A stretch of DNA of 64,000 bases from Cyanidioschyzon merolae (Eukaryota), in assembly GCA_000091205.1 (NCBI GenBank), contig AP006491.2; one strand, 5' to 3'. A program made the position numbers and the translations under genes. How positions within the stretch are numbered: position 1 is the first letter of the stretch; each line of letters starts with the position of its first letter. Below the pieces are notes generated by a model, which saw only the letters and a list, made by a program, of their open reading frames with translations, was not told where the DNA came from and did not search any database. This document shows, piece after piece, positions 32,001-44,604 of the stretch.

Positions 32001-33544
32001 TATTTCTTCAAATGGACGCACTGCGGAAGCGTCTGATATAAATCGCGAAAAACCAGTAGACGACATGTAGTAGGGGTGGAACCCAAACGAGGTAAGAGAC
32101 TATAAAATGCGACACTGAACTGCTCGCTCTTTGGCTGCCTTGCGATTTTTCCGAGCTTTTCTTGAGATGCGGATCCAAAATTCCAATTGTAGCAATTAGG
32201 ACCGAGGATATCGTGGGTATAATGGGCTTCTTTGTCGTCTTTTCAAAGTGACACCTTCGACTCTTTGCTTCTAAAATCCGTTATGCCACCGTCAGCAAGA
32301 TGATTTACGATGCCTTCGAAAGCGAGTTCTTAAAATAACCGCGATCATTGTCCAATTCACACATACAAGCCTCCATTCTCTTCTCCTTTCTTTACGTCTA
32401 GTATGCGCACATCGCGCATTCTGCAAGGTTAAAATCTTTCCGTTTCGAGACTGCTCGTAGGATTTGCAATTTGCGCTGCTGGGTGGACGAGAAGAAAACT
32501 CGACGCAGTACCCTGAAGACTTTTTTGCAAGCTCCTGCCGTAAGTTCAAGGAACTGTTCACTTCAAACAATAGGTTCCGTTCGAATCGCCAATTTTCTTC
32601 TGTTTGCGGCCACCGACCATACGATTCTCGACAACAGCATGATGGCTTAAACGAGATAAGCTCCCAGAGGCCCCGTCGATTTTGCTTGCATGGAAAAGGG
32701 TCTTTGACACGAATTCCAGCCTTCGCAGCGATCGCTTTCGGTAGAAATTGCATCCGTGCTTTGCATGGAGTGTAAATGGATCGAGATTCCTCGAGTCGTT
32801 CTCCAATCTACATCCCCCTCCGATGTGTGATTCAAGGCGAACAACATTGCGTTCAACAAATCTATCATCGGATAGAGAGGCATGTCCATGCGCGAGCAGC
32901 AGGCCAAGAACTCGCCGGCTGTATAATCCCGAAGCAGCCCATGAGCGCAGAGTACGCCACGGGGCGCGCAAACGGAGGAAAGCATTGGTAAGATCCTTCT
33001 ATATCCGTCAAGGGCATTTCCTGACCGATAATGCAAATGCTCCCGCGCCGCAGGGCAGCCCGTGGTGCAGATGTGATGGGAAAATGGAAAAACCTGGTTA
33101 CAGCCGAGTGTCACCTCTGCGAAAGGCACACCGGAGCTGTACAAAAAGCAAATGAAAAAGGCGAACGAAGCGTGGATCGCAAATTGGAACTGTGAAAGGA
33201 TTGCGTTGATAGCAGCGGGAAGAGGCGAAATTGGGTCTATAACGCTGGTATGATCCCCTTTAGCTTACGGCCATGGAGCTGGTAGGACGTGAATGATCAG
33301 CGTAACTGAGGCCGGAGATTAGACAGATGAGAAGAAATCAGCTGTAGAAAACGCACTCTAAGGCTGGTGTTGGTGAACGTGGGAAGAAATCCAAAATTTG
33401 AGAGTAAACGTCCGTGTTATTTGAGTGGACCTGTTCAATTTTACTCTATGCTGGGTGTGTCTCTGATCTAAACAAGGGAGTGGCGCTTCCCCTGTTCCAA
33501 AGTCGAATAGTTGAACAATTGCTAACGGCTCGCTTGCTCTCACT

Positions 33545-34738
33545 TTATGTCGAGAGACCATTCCCTGACAGCCAGTGAACCAAGGTTGCGCGAACGCGCT
33601 TCCAAAACCCCGGTCGATTCACCTTTCGCGGACGCGTTTCGGGAACTCTCGAAAAGGTCAGATTGTATCTCGAGGCCTGATCTGCGAACGGTGGAATATG
33701 CAGTGAAGTATTGCGGTGCTCTGCGGACTCGTCAGCATCCGTGACACTTCCATTGACGCCCAACCATTTTGCTGCCTGGAAGCTGTAAAACAACTGCTTG
33801 GCCGCATCGCGCACGTTTGGCTCTGAGCTGTGCTGTAGCTCTCCATAAAGCTTCCGTGCGTCTTCACACGAGCCGAGCGCGTCCTGACAGAGAGCAACTT
33901 GCAGCAAAACACGAGACCCCAGCTCGCCGCGGACTCTTGCAAGTGGCCTCACTGCAGTTAGTTGCTCCAGCGCGGATTCGTACTTCCCGGCCTGAAGCAT
34001 TCGCTCAGCTGACTCCAGAGCAGCGGATAACGCGCTCCTCTCTTCTTCAGTTTCCGCATTTTCGTTTCGTTTCATGCGATACCGTTCTAAAAGCACCCGG
34101 AGTCTCTGTTCTCGTTTTTGGGCGGCATCATCTGGGACAGATACTCCACCAATAGGGATCGATCGGCCACCACCGAATGTTTGTGAAACATCAAGAGGTC
34201 GGGGGAAAACGCCCCAGGTAGAGACCCTGGGCTTGTATACCGAGTCAGGCGGTGCTGCGCGCTCTAGCTTCTCGGGTTCCATGTTGTTCTCAGAACACAT
34301 AGCTGGCCCCGATAGAAACAATTTCATTCGGATAGGAACTCGCTTTGGGTTACCTCGCGCTGCGCCTTTGCAAATTTTCGGGCTAATGATCGATAAAAAC
34401 ACTAAGCAAGGCTGTCGGCAGCAGACCCTTCTCGGAGCAAGCCTCGGGTCCTCGTGCTCTAGCGGGAGTTCGTACAGACCTCCTCGGTCACAAGAGCTCG
34501 CGTGATTGAACGAAAATCTGAGGCGCATGAGACGTTCAAACAGTAGCTTATTCGTCACCGTCTTCGCCGATAGATAGGTGACCCTGAAAAACGAACAGCG
34601 GCAACGTGGCCTCGCCTCGGAGAGAAGTGCGCTGCACAGAATACTTTGCACGCTCGCTTCGAAAAACTGTCGTTCCAGCTGCTCTTGTTTGAGGTTGCTT
34701 TCGGAACCCCACTTTATTGCAAGTTCAGTACCTTCCAA
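33545..34738 (-). CDS. Hypothetical protein (397 aa) with TPR-like helical repeats
   Basis: Long ORF. Segment …MLQAGKYESALEQLTAVRPLARV…LLQVALCQDALGSCEDARKLYGELQ… looks TPR-like. Otherwise unrecognised. Confidence 0.35.
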   Translation of the reverse strand: MEGTELAIKWGSESNLKQEQLERQFFEASVQSILCSALLSEARPRCRCSFFRVTYLSAKTVTNKLLFERLMRLRFSFNHASSCDRGGLYELPLEHEDPRLAPRRVCCRQPCLVFLSIISPKICKGAARGNPKRVPIRMKLFLSGPAMCSENNMEPEKLERAAPPDSVYKPRVSTWGVFPRPLDVSQTFGGGRSIPIGGVSVPDDAAQKREQRLRVLLERYRMKRNENAETEEERSALSAALESAERMLQAGKYESALEQLTAVRPLARVRGELGSRVLLQVALCQDALGSCEDARKLYGELQHSSEPNVRDAAKQLFYSFQAAKWLGVNGSVTDADESAEHRNTSLHIPPFADQASRYNLTFSRVPETRPRKVNRPGFWKRVRATLVHWLSGNGLST

Positions 34739-37700
34739 AACGTTCCGCTCTCTGGGTCTGTGGAAAGCACCAGCGTGCAGGTGACCGTGCTCCAGTGATC
34801 AGACGCCACTGGGGATCAAAATGTTTCACCAGTCATGAACCAAGTTGGCGCATGCGACTTTCTCAGATGACAGAACGTTTAGATTGACCATAGCTCCCAG
34901 AATTCGGAATGGATAATAGCTTTCGGGAGAGGGTCCATGATGAAGCGCCTATCTTAGAGTTCCATTACCCATACTTGCTCTCGGATATACTGGTCGTTTC
35001 GTATGCTCGATCGTGCGACAAGTGCCTGCCGTGAACACCCGCCGTGGCGCTTATACCACTGAAGCAGATGCTGCACGGAGACAGAACGGCTTTGCCATAC
35101 CACTGAGGGCGCCCGCTCGAAGAATGATTCATTCAACATAGGGTCGGAATACATAATAATAATCCTGGGAGCCTGTAAGCTGCGCAGACAGATGCGCTGC
35201 CTGCGACAGCGCGAAGCGATACACTAAGAGTCCACTGCGACCAGGGTGACGCCCAGACGCAGCATCCTGCTCCTAGTCCCAAAGTGAATTCCGTTGCGGA
35301 CGAGCTGCGCAGGTCTCGCCACAGCACCTGCCACTGGTGGAAGCGTGAAGCACTAGGCCTGCAGACTCGTCCGGCTCGCGGGACCTTCTGCCTAGAGGGT
35401 AAACTTTCGAAGATACTGAAACTTTTCCCCATTTCGACGCTTATTATCAATGTCGAAAGAAACTGTTATCGAGTTGCTAGTCAGTGGTTAGTTTCTGTTA
35501 TTTCTTCCCTAGGAGAGTACTTGCTGCTCACGGGACGGGCACAACTGGAGGGCCCACCAGTCCGAGGACTGGCCTTTGCTGCCGCTATCTCTATTCAAAG
35601 CCCTGCCGAGTGCTCTCTCATTTTCTCTCTCTACAACCTCCTGTCCGCGCCCTTGGCCAAACCTGTGAAAAGATATCGCTCGCGTCACTCGTGTTCATAT
35701 GTAGGGTACATTGGCGCATGCGATACCCAATGAAATCGGCGTCGTCATCTAACGGATTGGTTGCTAGACTTTGCGCGGCTGTTGGAGAAGTTATTGTATG
35801 GCCTGGCACCAAAGCATATCAGAGTTTGCGCGAACTTCCCGGTTTGGCTTGACAGGGGTGCCAGCTGTGGAAAATCCATCTGATGAACCATACGCCTTCC
35901 GATACTTCGTGCTACAGTTCAGAATTCGGTGTTCAGTTCGCGATGACGAGTGGCTAGGCGTTTGGGGCTCGCTTCCTCTGCTGCACGATTGTTTCAACGC
36001 ACCACTTCCGATGAAAAAACTACGTCGCTCAAGGGGCCAGATCGAGTGGGCTTTGCGTGTGCGTTTTCCAAAGCATCTTTATGACGGTTGCGAGTTTACG
36101 TATATATACTGCCTGTTACGGAAAGTTTCTGCGGATAGCCAGTATGAATCTTCCTACGAAGTCGTTGGCTGCGAGCCCTGTCCGTTACGCAAAAGTATTC
36201 TGAGCAGCGAAATCTTGCCATACGGTTTCTACGAACATGACGATCGCTGGGGTCATAATGACGGGAAGGTATATCCAAGGCAGGATCGCCTGGGTGTACT
36301 TGTATACAAGCATCTTTCGCGAGACGCCGCTCCATGCCGCATATCATAGGCAAGAGACAAAGTGACAGCTTGAACGCGCACGTCACACTTGTCTGCAGCA
36401 CTTTGACGTTTATGAGAAAGCGCTCAAGGTGTAGTCGAAAATTCCATCTCACGTGGCCCAAATGCACAGCGACACAGCACTTCATAGAGCGCGCTCCACC
36501 GGCAAACACGAACGGCGGCAGGCATCAATCGTGACCCTGTGCCCGAGCGGAATTTCCTCTGTTCTTACGACTTACAGTTGTTCCGCTCGGTGCAAATATT
36601 TCCTACTCAGCTTTAGTTGATAATGAGGCCGAGATCCCCAATATCTGGAATATTGGAATGAGAAGCATGAAGTCGTTTCGTGGTGGCGTCGATTAGCAGC
36701 AGTCTACCTAGAGAAATCGCCTATCCGCTCTTTTGCCCCCGGCTTCTTGTTGTATTTGGAGCTGTAATTTCTGGAATCATTGTACCAGAGCACCTTTTTG
36801 GTTTTGGTCTGTTTTCGTCGCAGTTATGGAACGAAAGCAATGTGTTCTGTAGATTCGAGAGAGGTCCCGGAAGTATGCTATACTGTCACTGTTAACTTGA
36901 GAAAGAATGGCCTTGGCCCTAGAGCTCACTTCTTCCACGGTAAGCAGGTTGATCAACCAAACATGTAGCAGTCCTTATTCTTAACGTCTCGCAATCTAGA
37001 CAGAATTTATGAATCTCCATTCACGCGAACGTCTTTTGATCAATTCATTCTGCACCATAAGCTCCGTGGGAAATTCTATCCAAGAATCCACGCGATTTTA
37101 AGCTTCCTTACCCCTGATACGAACGATAATGAAGAAACACGGATGGACAAGGAAAAAACACATTCTCGTGCGAGACCGTCGCATCTTGAACAACAGACTA
37201 CCGATTCCATACAGAAACGCGAAAGCTCATTACAGGAGTGAAGGGCGATCGCCTCACTCGATGCAGACTCATTAGGAAGAAATGGTAGACCTCTAGATGG
37301 ATAATTAAAGAGGGAGTAAACCATTTTTCATGAAGAAGAGACAAGCGAGAATGAGGACAATATTAGTCGTATCGGCAATTCGATCCTGTGGTCGCCTATA
37401 TGTCACTTAGATGACAGGGCCTGTCAACACCTTATCCATCATCGAAAGCGTCTGAAAGCTTTTCTTTTCAGTATTTCTCTTTAAAACTTGTCGAGAAAAC
37501 AGTTGCCATGACTCCAACGCGTTTAGAACATACGCAGCTGAGATTGGCGTGAAGCCGCTCCACGTGCCCACCTACTTTCACTGGTTCAGCCGAGTCGGGG
37601 GCGCACTCTCTGTGGTCAGACGCCATGATCACGCTCATGGATTCATGAAAGTGTCTTTTGTGTCCATTACACCGTTTTGTGACGAGCCTATTTTCTACAA

Positions 37701-39528
37701 GATGCTCTCTACCTTCACCAGGGTTGAGTTGCAGTGTTGGTCTTCTGCTTGGGCACGGGAGGGAGCCAAAAGGCGAGCCGGACTCGTTGGCGTGCTCGAG
37801 ACGGATAAGGTGACGGAAAATGTTCGTAGAAGTAGTAAATGTACACATAGAAAACGCAAGTCTCAGAGCCATCGTAAACCCAGTGCATCTGAATACCGAG
37901 GAAAAACTGATATGGAGTATAGCGATCACATCTATACCACTTTTCGAAGAAGGGGAGAAATAGAAGAGAACACCAGACAAAGAAGAAAGCTCCATCCTGT
38001 GGGAGGACGAGGAGAGACAGGAAATCATAACACGTCGAAGCGGAAACATCAGTCTGAAACTTTTGACAAAGCCTCCCAGCTAAAACTCATGAGCGGCGAG
38101 AACCTTTGGTAATGTGGGATGCAGAACTCCATTGGGGAACGCGCTGACTGTCACTCCATGTGGGGGCGCTTAGCTTCCCTCGCCCTGGTGCATCTCGCCA
38201 AACGACTGATCGCAACAGTTTCATTCGCAGGGATCCAAGCTGTCAACATTCCTCTGTAACTTCTCGATCAAGCATGCATCTGAAACCTGATGCTCGGGAT
38301 AGACGATGCAATACGACCTGACTTTTTCCATGGCTCTGTATTATCTGGAGTCGGGCGTGATGGACGCCAGGCGGCATGCCAGCGGGTGGAATAGCGGCGT
38401 CAGACCCGATGATAGCGCTCTGAGCACCTGAACGAGTTGAGCGGGATGCGTTGTGCGCGCCACTCACAGAGCGTACAAGAGCGTGTATCTGGCTCACGTG
38501 GGCTATCCCTGGCAGGTTTCCATGAGACCGCATTGAGATCGCCAACCAGCTCGGTGCGATGAAACCACGAGCGCGCACCAGCTCACTTCTTCAATGGAGA
38601 GCAGAGGGAGATGATCGACAATTCGCGTCGTTTGGCGGTAGCCTGTGGCGCTCGACGCGCAGTGCTGCGCACAGGCTGTACTCCCGTGCCTTCGACGGCG
38701 GCGTGCAACGAGTGCACGAGTCGATTCTGCACTATTGCTGTCAATGCGAACAGGGCGATGGACGCGCATCACAGGCAGGGGTGCACGCTGGAGCTGGTAG
38801 AGAGGAACAGCGTAGAAGCGTGTCGGATGCACGGGCTGGTCAACGGCAAACTGACCGGGCGTCAGTTGACGAGGCCATCGAAGATAGGAGACTTGCTATG
38901 CCGCGGCTCGATCCGCAACAAGTGCACATGCACTTGCTGCACCCAGACCTGAGCGCCTCGATCAACTTACGGAAATGCCGGGAGCGTTCGGAGCGTCCCG
39001 CGGCATTGTGTCGAGCGAACTCTTGAGGGAATCCTTTAGTGCTCAGTGGAGGTATTGTGCTGGGAAGCTGATGCGTTGCGATGAATACGAATCGGTGGTC
39101 AGGTGGGCGGACATTGGATATCCGCCCTGGGCGAGTCGCTGGTGTAGCACGGGTCAGCGAACCGGAAAGGCTGGAGCATTACACAGATGTATATAATGGG
39201 AACCTTTTCTCCTGGGTGATTGGTGGACCACAATGAAGCTGGATAATCCCATATTACCGCGTATCCGTATTCCGACGCTCCCATGACTTTACGTGCATCG
39301 CATATGAACTCTACAGCCACGTCGCGCTGCACTGTCGCAGGGCCTGGGCCCGTACGCGTTCCGCCATCCCAGCTATGATCGCATAACCGATGCGGGCCGC
39401 TCATCGTTTCGCGTTCTGGGCACGCGGTCACCGCGATTCGCGGTAACATTACAGACCAGCTTTTTAACATTTTTTGTCTCGGTGACTTCGCGAACGGTGC
39501 TCACGACGCGAGTTACTTTACATAGGAC

Positions 39529-39795
39529 ATGAGTAGCGCGGATACACCCGAGAGGGTGCAAGCGTTCAAAGCTTACCTCGAAGAACAGGGCGTGAACGCT
39601 TTTCTGGTCGAGGCGATCAGCGATCTGTACGCTTCGCAACCACGACCGACGAACGCGCTGCAGTTTCTCGAGCAACGATTGAGTGAAACGCTTAAAAAGC
39701 GGAAAGATCCTTCGAAAGTCGCAGCTCCAGAAGCAAGCAAGACGGACGAAGGGATAGGTCCCGAAACTACAGGGAAGGAGACGGAAAATTATTAG
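39529..39795 (+). CDS. c-Myc-binding protein (MYCBP/AMY-1)-like small protein
   Basis: 88 aa. …VQAFKAYLEEQGVNAFLVEAISDLYASQPRPTNALQFLEQRL… parallels the MYCBP core (FRRYLEKSGV…LVALYEEPEKP…ALDFLK). Confidence 0.5.
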   Translation: MSSADTPERVQAFKAYLEEQGVNAFLVEAISDLYASQPRPTNALQFLEQRLSETLKKRKDPSKVAAPEASKTDEGIGPETTGKETENY

Positions 39796-40201
39796 CGGAA
39801 GGAACAAGAGTGCTGGGGACAACGCCGAGAACTGCGCACGTTGAGTTCTCAAAGAACTCCACTGGTTGATAGCGCCTTCCTTGCAGAACGCTTCTACCGG
39901 CTGGCAGTTCCCAAGCTTGCTGTACGACGTCAGACGAGATGCGCAAGTGACTAGTATCCATGCGGATAACTTGGACAATGTAAACGACGTCTCGCAGCGC
40001 CGCGCCAATGGCTGGCGCCTTTCCAAGAATGCAGCTGTTCAGGAAAGTCTTTACTCCTCGGAAAACGCTCAGATTTGGGATACTAGAATCTCTGCTTCCT
40101 GCAAGAGGGTGTATGTTGGAATCGTCTCAATTTGCCTCGAGTTCTAGTCCAGGCTCAAGGTGATCGTGCCCCTTTTAAATATGGTGGGAATTCTACAGAT
40201 T

Positions 40202-41551
40202 TCAGTTATATACCATGTAGCGCCCTGTCGCGCTGAACTTGGCGTAACCGCGGATGACCTTATTGATCGCATCCAGAAAGTCCTGCTCACAGACAGTCTT
40301 CCTCCGAGCTCGAATGGCGAACATTCCCGCCTCGGTGCAGACACTGCGAAGATCCGCGCCGGTCGTGTTTGGGCACAGACGCGCCAAAAGTTCAAACCGG
40401 ATGCCTCGTTCACAATTCATGCTGCGTGAGTGAATGCGTAGTATCGAGGTTCTGCCTTCTAGGTCGGGCAAACTGAACTCAATCTTTCGATCGAGCCGTC
40501 CAGGACGTAAAAGTGCTGGGTCCAGCGTGTCGGGTCGGTTTGTAGCCATAAGAACCTTGATATTTCCCCGTGCATCGAATCCATCGAGCTGGTTAACAAT
40601 CTCAAGCATTGTTCTTTGTACTTCGTTATCACCTCCTTGCCCATCATCGTATCGCGCTCCACCAATCGCGTCCACTTCGTCAAAGAATACAATTGCAGCC
40701 CTTTTTGAGCGCGCCAACTGAAACAATTCACGCACCATGCGGGCGCCTTCTCCGACATACTTTTGCACAAGTTCAGATCCTATCACTCGAATGAACGTCG
40801 CATCGGTCCTGTTCGCAACTGCACGAGCAAGGAGAGTTTTTCCAGTACCAGGAGGGCCGTACAACAAGACTCCTTTCGGCGGATCGATGCCAAGTTCAAT
40901 GAACCTTTCCGGATGCAGAAGAGGTAATTCGACAACTTCCCGAATCCGTTCAATCTGCTCTTTGACACCGCCAATATCTGCATAAGTCACGTCAGGTTTC
41001 TCTTCCACGGTCATCATTGTAACGCTGGGATCAATACGTGGCGGCAGAGGAAGCTGGATTTGGAACTTGTTACGGTCGACGCCAACACGCATTCCCTCCT
41101 CAATGTCCGTGGGCGCAACGCGCTCCCCGAGACCCACAACGTACTTTGCAATCTGGCGGATGTTAATGACGTACTTTGCTCGCTCAGCTCCTTCATCGAT
41201 GATTTTGGTGCAACGCGCCACTTGTAGGGGCTGCTCTTCTTGCATAGCCTGTTTATCGGCAACGAGATCCCACGAACTCGGGGCTGCTAGACCCGTGTCA
41301 AGCTCGCGAACGCCCACAAGCTCGTCAATATTTTTCGTACACTCCTCTATCTCTTTCTCCAACTGCTTGATTCTGTTGCTGTAAGGGCCGAGACCGTAAG
41401 ACCGGAGCAGTTGTATATCTCCAGCATCAAGAGGTTTCGTGCTCTTACTTCCAGTACCCGTCTCAGAGTCCCCTGCCATGATTAAGAAAGGTTGCCGCTG
41501 CAGGGCGTTCAACTCGCTAACAAATTGAGAGAAGACAATATTGTACGCCAC
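40202..41551 (-). CDS. RPT1: 26S proteasome regulatory subunit 7 (AAA-ATPase Rpt1/PSMC2)
   Basis: Walker [16 protein letters not shown]. Walker [13 protein letters not shown]. Subunit-7-type C-terminus …[18 protein letters not shown]. The likely start is at MAGDSETG…, about 25 codons in. Confidence 0.9.
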   Translation of the reverse strand: MAYNIVFSQFVSELNALQRQPFLIMAGDSETGTGSKSTKPLDAGDIQLLRSYGLGPYSNRIKQLEKEIEECTKNIDELVGVRELDTGLAAPSSWDLVADKQAMQEEQPLQVARCTKIIDEGAERAKYVINIRQIAKYVVGLGERVAPTDIEEGMRVGVDRNKFQIQLPLPPRIDPSVTMMTVEEKPDVTYADIGGVKEQIERIREVVELPLLHPERFIELGIDPPKGVLLYGPPGTGKTLLARAVANRTDATFIRVIGSELVQKYVGEGARMVRELFQLARSKRAAIVFFDEVDAIGGARYDDGQGGDNEVQRTMLEIVNQLDGFDARGNIKVLMATNRPDTLDPALLRPGRLDRKIEFSLPDLEGRTSILRIHSRSMNCERGIRFELLARLCPNTTGADLRSVCTEAGMFAIRARRKTVCEQDFLDAINKVIRGYAKFSATGRYMVYN

Positions 41552-41732
41552 GGGAATACAAAGAGAAGTGCGCCAGTGTCCGCCCTAAACTAATAGCGCC
41601 TCAGCGGTACTTCCCCGTGCTGAAAAGAACTCAAAGAATTCAACAGTCGGACCTATAGCTAAGATTCAGCGGCGCGCACACGCCATCAGAGCCACCGTAC
41701 GCCGCGTGCACCCATGTTGCCATAACACGGGC

Positions 41733-42810
41733 TATGTTCCCGAACTCACGACTATACTCGAAAGTTCGTGCCACTCACCGTTACCGCAAACGACGGCCTT
41801 GGCGGGCTTTTACCGCTATCGCTTCCATTTCCCCTCTCGCCTCTGGCTTTGAATACGCCGGTTGCTCATGTCTCTCCAGCCCCATGGTCACCAGCCGAAG
41901 GATACTGATCGTAGCGTTGAAGTCTCTGTTTCGCGGCTTCTCGCTGTTGTAGACCCGTTTTATGCACTGGCGCGAGTCACGATCTGAGCTTCGTTTACCA
42001 TTTGCATCCTCTTTCTGCACGGCCTCGGGGTGCACTCCCCAGCCGTTACACTTGGACCTGGTCAGGTGTTCCCATGTGCATCCACCAGTCCTCCACCGCC
42101 TCTGAGCGCCACTGTGTGGCGCGTAAACGCTTGACCCATCCCTCGGTACATGCGCTTTACCGTTCCGGAAGGCTCCGCCCGATGCCGTCCTCCGTTTCCG
42201 CGCGCTGCGCCATGCCCAATGATCACAGGCCTCTCCCGGGTGATTTCCTCAGCGAGTACTCTGTTCGCTGCACATTTGTGTGCGCGCTGTCGGATTCGAG
42301 TACTCGGACCCCGCCTCCTTGCCCGCTCTTCGTTTTTCTGCCAATTCTTCGCACAAAAAGTGCCGATGAGCTTGACGCGAATCGAGACACCTTGCCAACT
42401 CGTGGGTGTCGAGCCCGCATGTACTGTTTATTAGCGACGATGCGGCCAAGACGTCTGAGACTCACGCCGGGCTCGCTCGCAGGCGGCAGGCCTATCTTCG
42501 CCTCGGCGCCCTCGTATTTGAGGAATATTCGACCAAGGTTTAGAAACTGGCTGCTGATACCGGTTGCTCCCAGAAGCAGCGTCCGGGGTCGTCGTCGACG
42601 TCTCGCTGACCGTGATGTCCACGACATTCAGCACCAAAGAGTCGAAGGAGTGCTCAGAAACGAGGACCCGGAATCTCCAACATACCTATGAGTTCGTAGA
42701 ACATTACTGATGCGCTTCGAATGCCGAAGCTGTACGTCTGAACAAAAGTTCAGAAGCAAATCGAACGACGGCCACAGAGAAAGCAGTTTAGTGTTCTCTT
42801 TATAAATCTG
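41733..42810 (+). repeat. Repeat-2, copy 2 (inverted relative to copies 1 and 3), continuous with Fanzor-like copy C
   Basis: Near-identical to 49411..50489 and 27624..28683. Joined to copy C through the same ~110-bp linker sequence seen in copy D. Confidence 0.7.
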
Positions 42811-44370
42811 ACATGGACTAATGGTCTATAAACTCAACTGTATTCCTGCCGCACTGTGTATGATCGAATGCTGTTTGCGGTCTAGGGCGGGGGCCAGAAA
42901 TCACGATGCCATGTACCCGATAGATCGTAGGCGAATCGCCTGTGCGATACATATTCTTTCCTGAACAGTGCATGGAGGACTGCGTTCCTCCTCCAGGTCG
43001 GTCGTACAACAGTACTCAGATGGTTGACGAACACTGACCGAAAGAAGTAGATGCACTCTGCGTCAAACATCGATATTCTCAGAGAATGCGCGCGATCAAC
43101 GGTAGAAAACGGCCCGCTGACCACCTTTTACGAAAGACAAATGCGAAAATAGTAGTCGCTACGCGCGTCCCTGTTCCTTAAAAGCGTGTTCGAGTGGTCC
43201 TGAATACACGGGGTACAGTCGCAAAAAGAAAGTCTCAGTTCGTGCACGGCCATTTCCCACCGAGGTCACAGCTACTTCAGCGTTCGTGGAACGCCACTAT
43301 CCGTATGGAGCACAGGGACCGGGACACGGACGTCGGTTTGCTTGTTCAGTCGATGAAACTTGCTTCGGACGAGGCGGCCGGAGCGTAAATGGGTATTCGC
43401 GGACAGTGCACCCGCTGGATGTACGATCGAGCTCGAAGAGAGCGAGGATGTCATCATCTGCTCCAGACGGAGTGGACTTTATTTGCGGCCTCAGATTCAC
43501 TAGTGGAGAAGGCTCATCGACCAACACCAGCCACTTGATCGAATCATGGAAGATTTCGCCCCGACGTCGGGCGACGTCCTTCTGCTGGACACCGTGGCAT
43601 TTCACCATCCCCCTTGCGTTCGGGCTTTTGCCGATCCTGTCGAGGTATAGTGCTGCTTTTCATTCCTCTGTGCTCTACTTGATTCAACCTCATCAAAAGA
43701 ATGTTTTCCATTGTGAAACGTATGATGTCGCTCCAGTGGGGTCATCGCTGAAGCTTCCGGCACACGTTGACACACGGGCGCATGGTGTCTTACTTTCGCG
43801 AGTCCTAGCTTTTGCGGGAAGGTCCTCACCTAAACGAATGAACAATCGCTATGATTTTGAAGAAACAGAGAATCCAAGGGAATGGTATGGATGTGGAAGT
43901 CGGGGATCCTGAGTTCCGTCATTGCTGGATTCGACGCAGCCAGAACGAAAAATGCCTCTTCTCGCCGACCATCGAGCGAAGAAGAGCAAGTGGCGAAGAA
44001 GGAGAAGAACGGAGATAGGCGAGGGACGGTGTTTGTCGAGTGGAACGATGACGAGACTGTAGCGGAACAGAGGGCACGAGTACTAAGAACCGTCGGTGTG
44101 ATGAGATCAGGGATCGGCAGTAAACGCATGGAGCTCGTAAGCCGAGACTTGAACGCTGCTACCAATATCAGACGATGCGTTGTGCTGGAGACGAGACCCG
44201 AGCAGCTGACACGATCCAACGCTATGCGGCAACTGCTGAGGCTCGAAGTGTACGTGAATCAACTGGAACCGATTGCAGGCGGCGGGTCAAAAAAGGCTGG
44301 GAGGCGTCCGCATGTGGGTATATATTTACCCTCAATGGCCGGGAAGCATGTCTCGTTTTACTGAATATAG
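42811..44370 (+). mobile_element. Fanzor/TnpB-like repeat element, copy C (plus orientation, variant-2 3' end); with Repeat-2 it forms a 2.6 kb composite at 41733..44370
   Basis: ORFs 43286..43912 and 43882..44364 (…SRDLNAATNIRRC…). The 3' end is …ccattgagggtaaatatatacccacatgcggacgcctcccagcc. Confidence 0.6.
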
Positions 44371-44604
44371 TGTTGGACCGCAGGCCATACTATTACCCTC
44401 TGTGAAGACGAACATCCCACTTCTGGGTTTCACTCGAGCGGAGCGAATGCTTCCCGCTCGGGGCATGCATCGGCACGTACTCCATGCAGCGCGTTGCGCA
44501 GCCGTCGTAGCACTGGCGCGCAGCTCGTTGGATTGTGAACTGGACATCGGGGCGCTGCGCGCTGCGCGCCAGTGTCCAATCTCCGGTAGCATGATGATCG
44601 CTGG

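Noticed and set aside
39373-40026. 217-aa minus-strand ORF overlapping the MYCBP-like gene
   Set aside because: Antisense to a small conserved gene, with no motif. Likely spurious.
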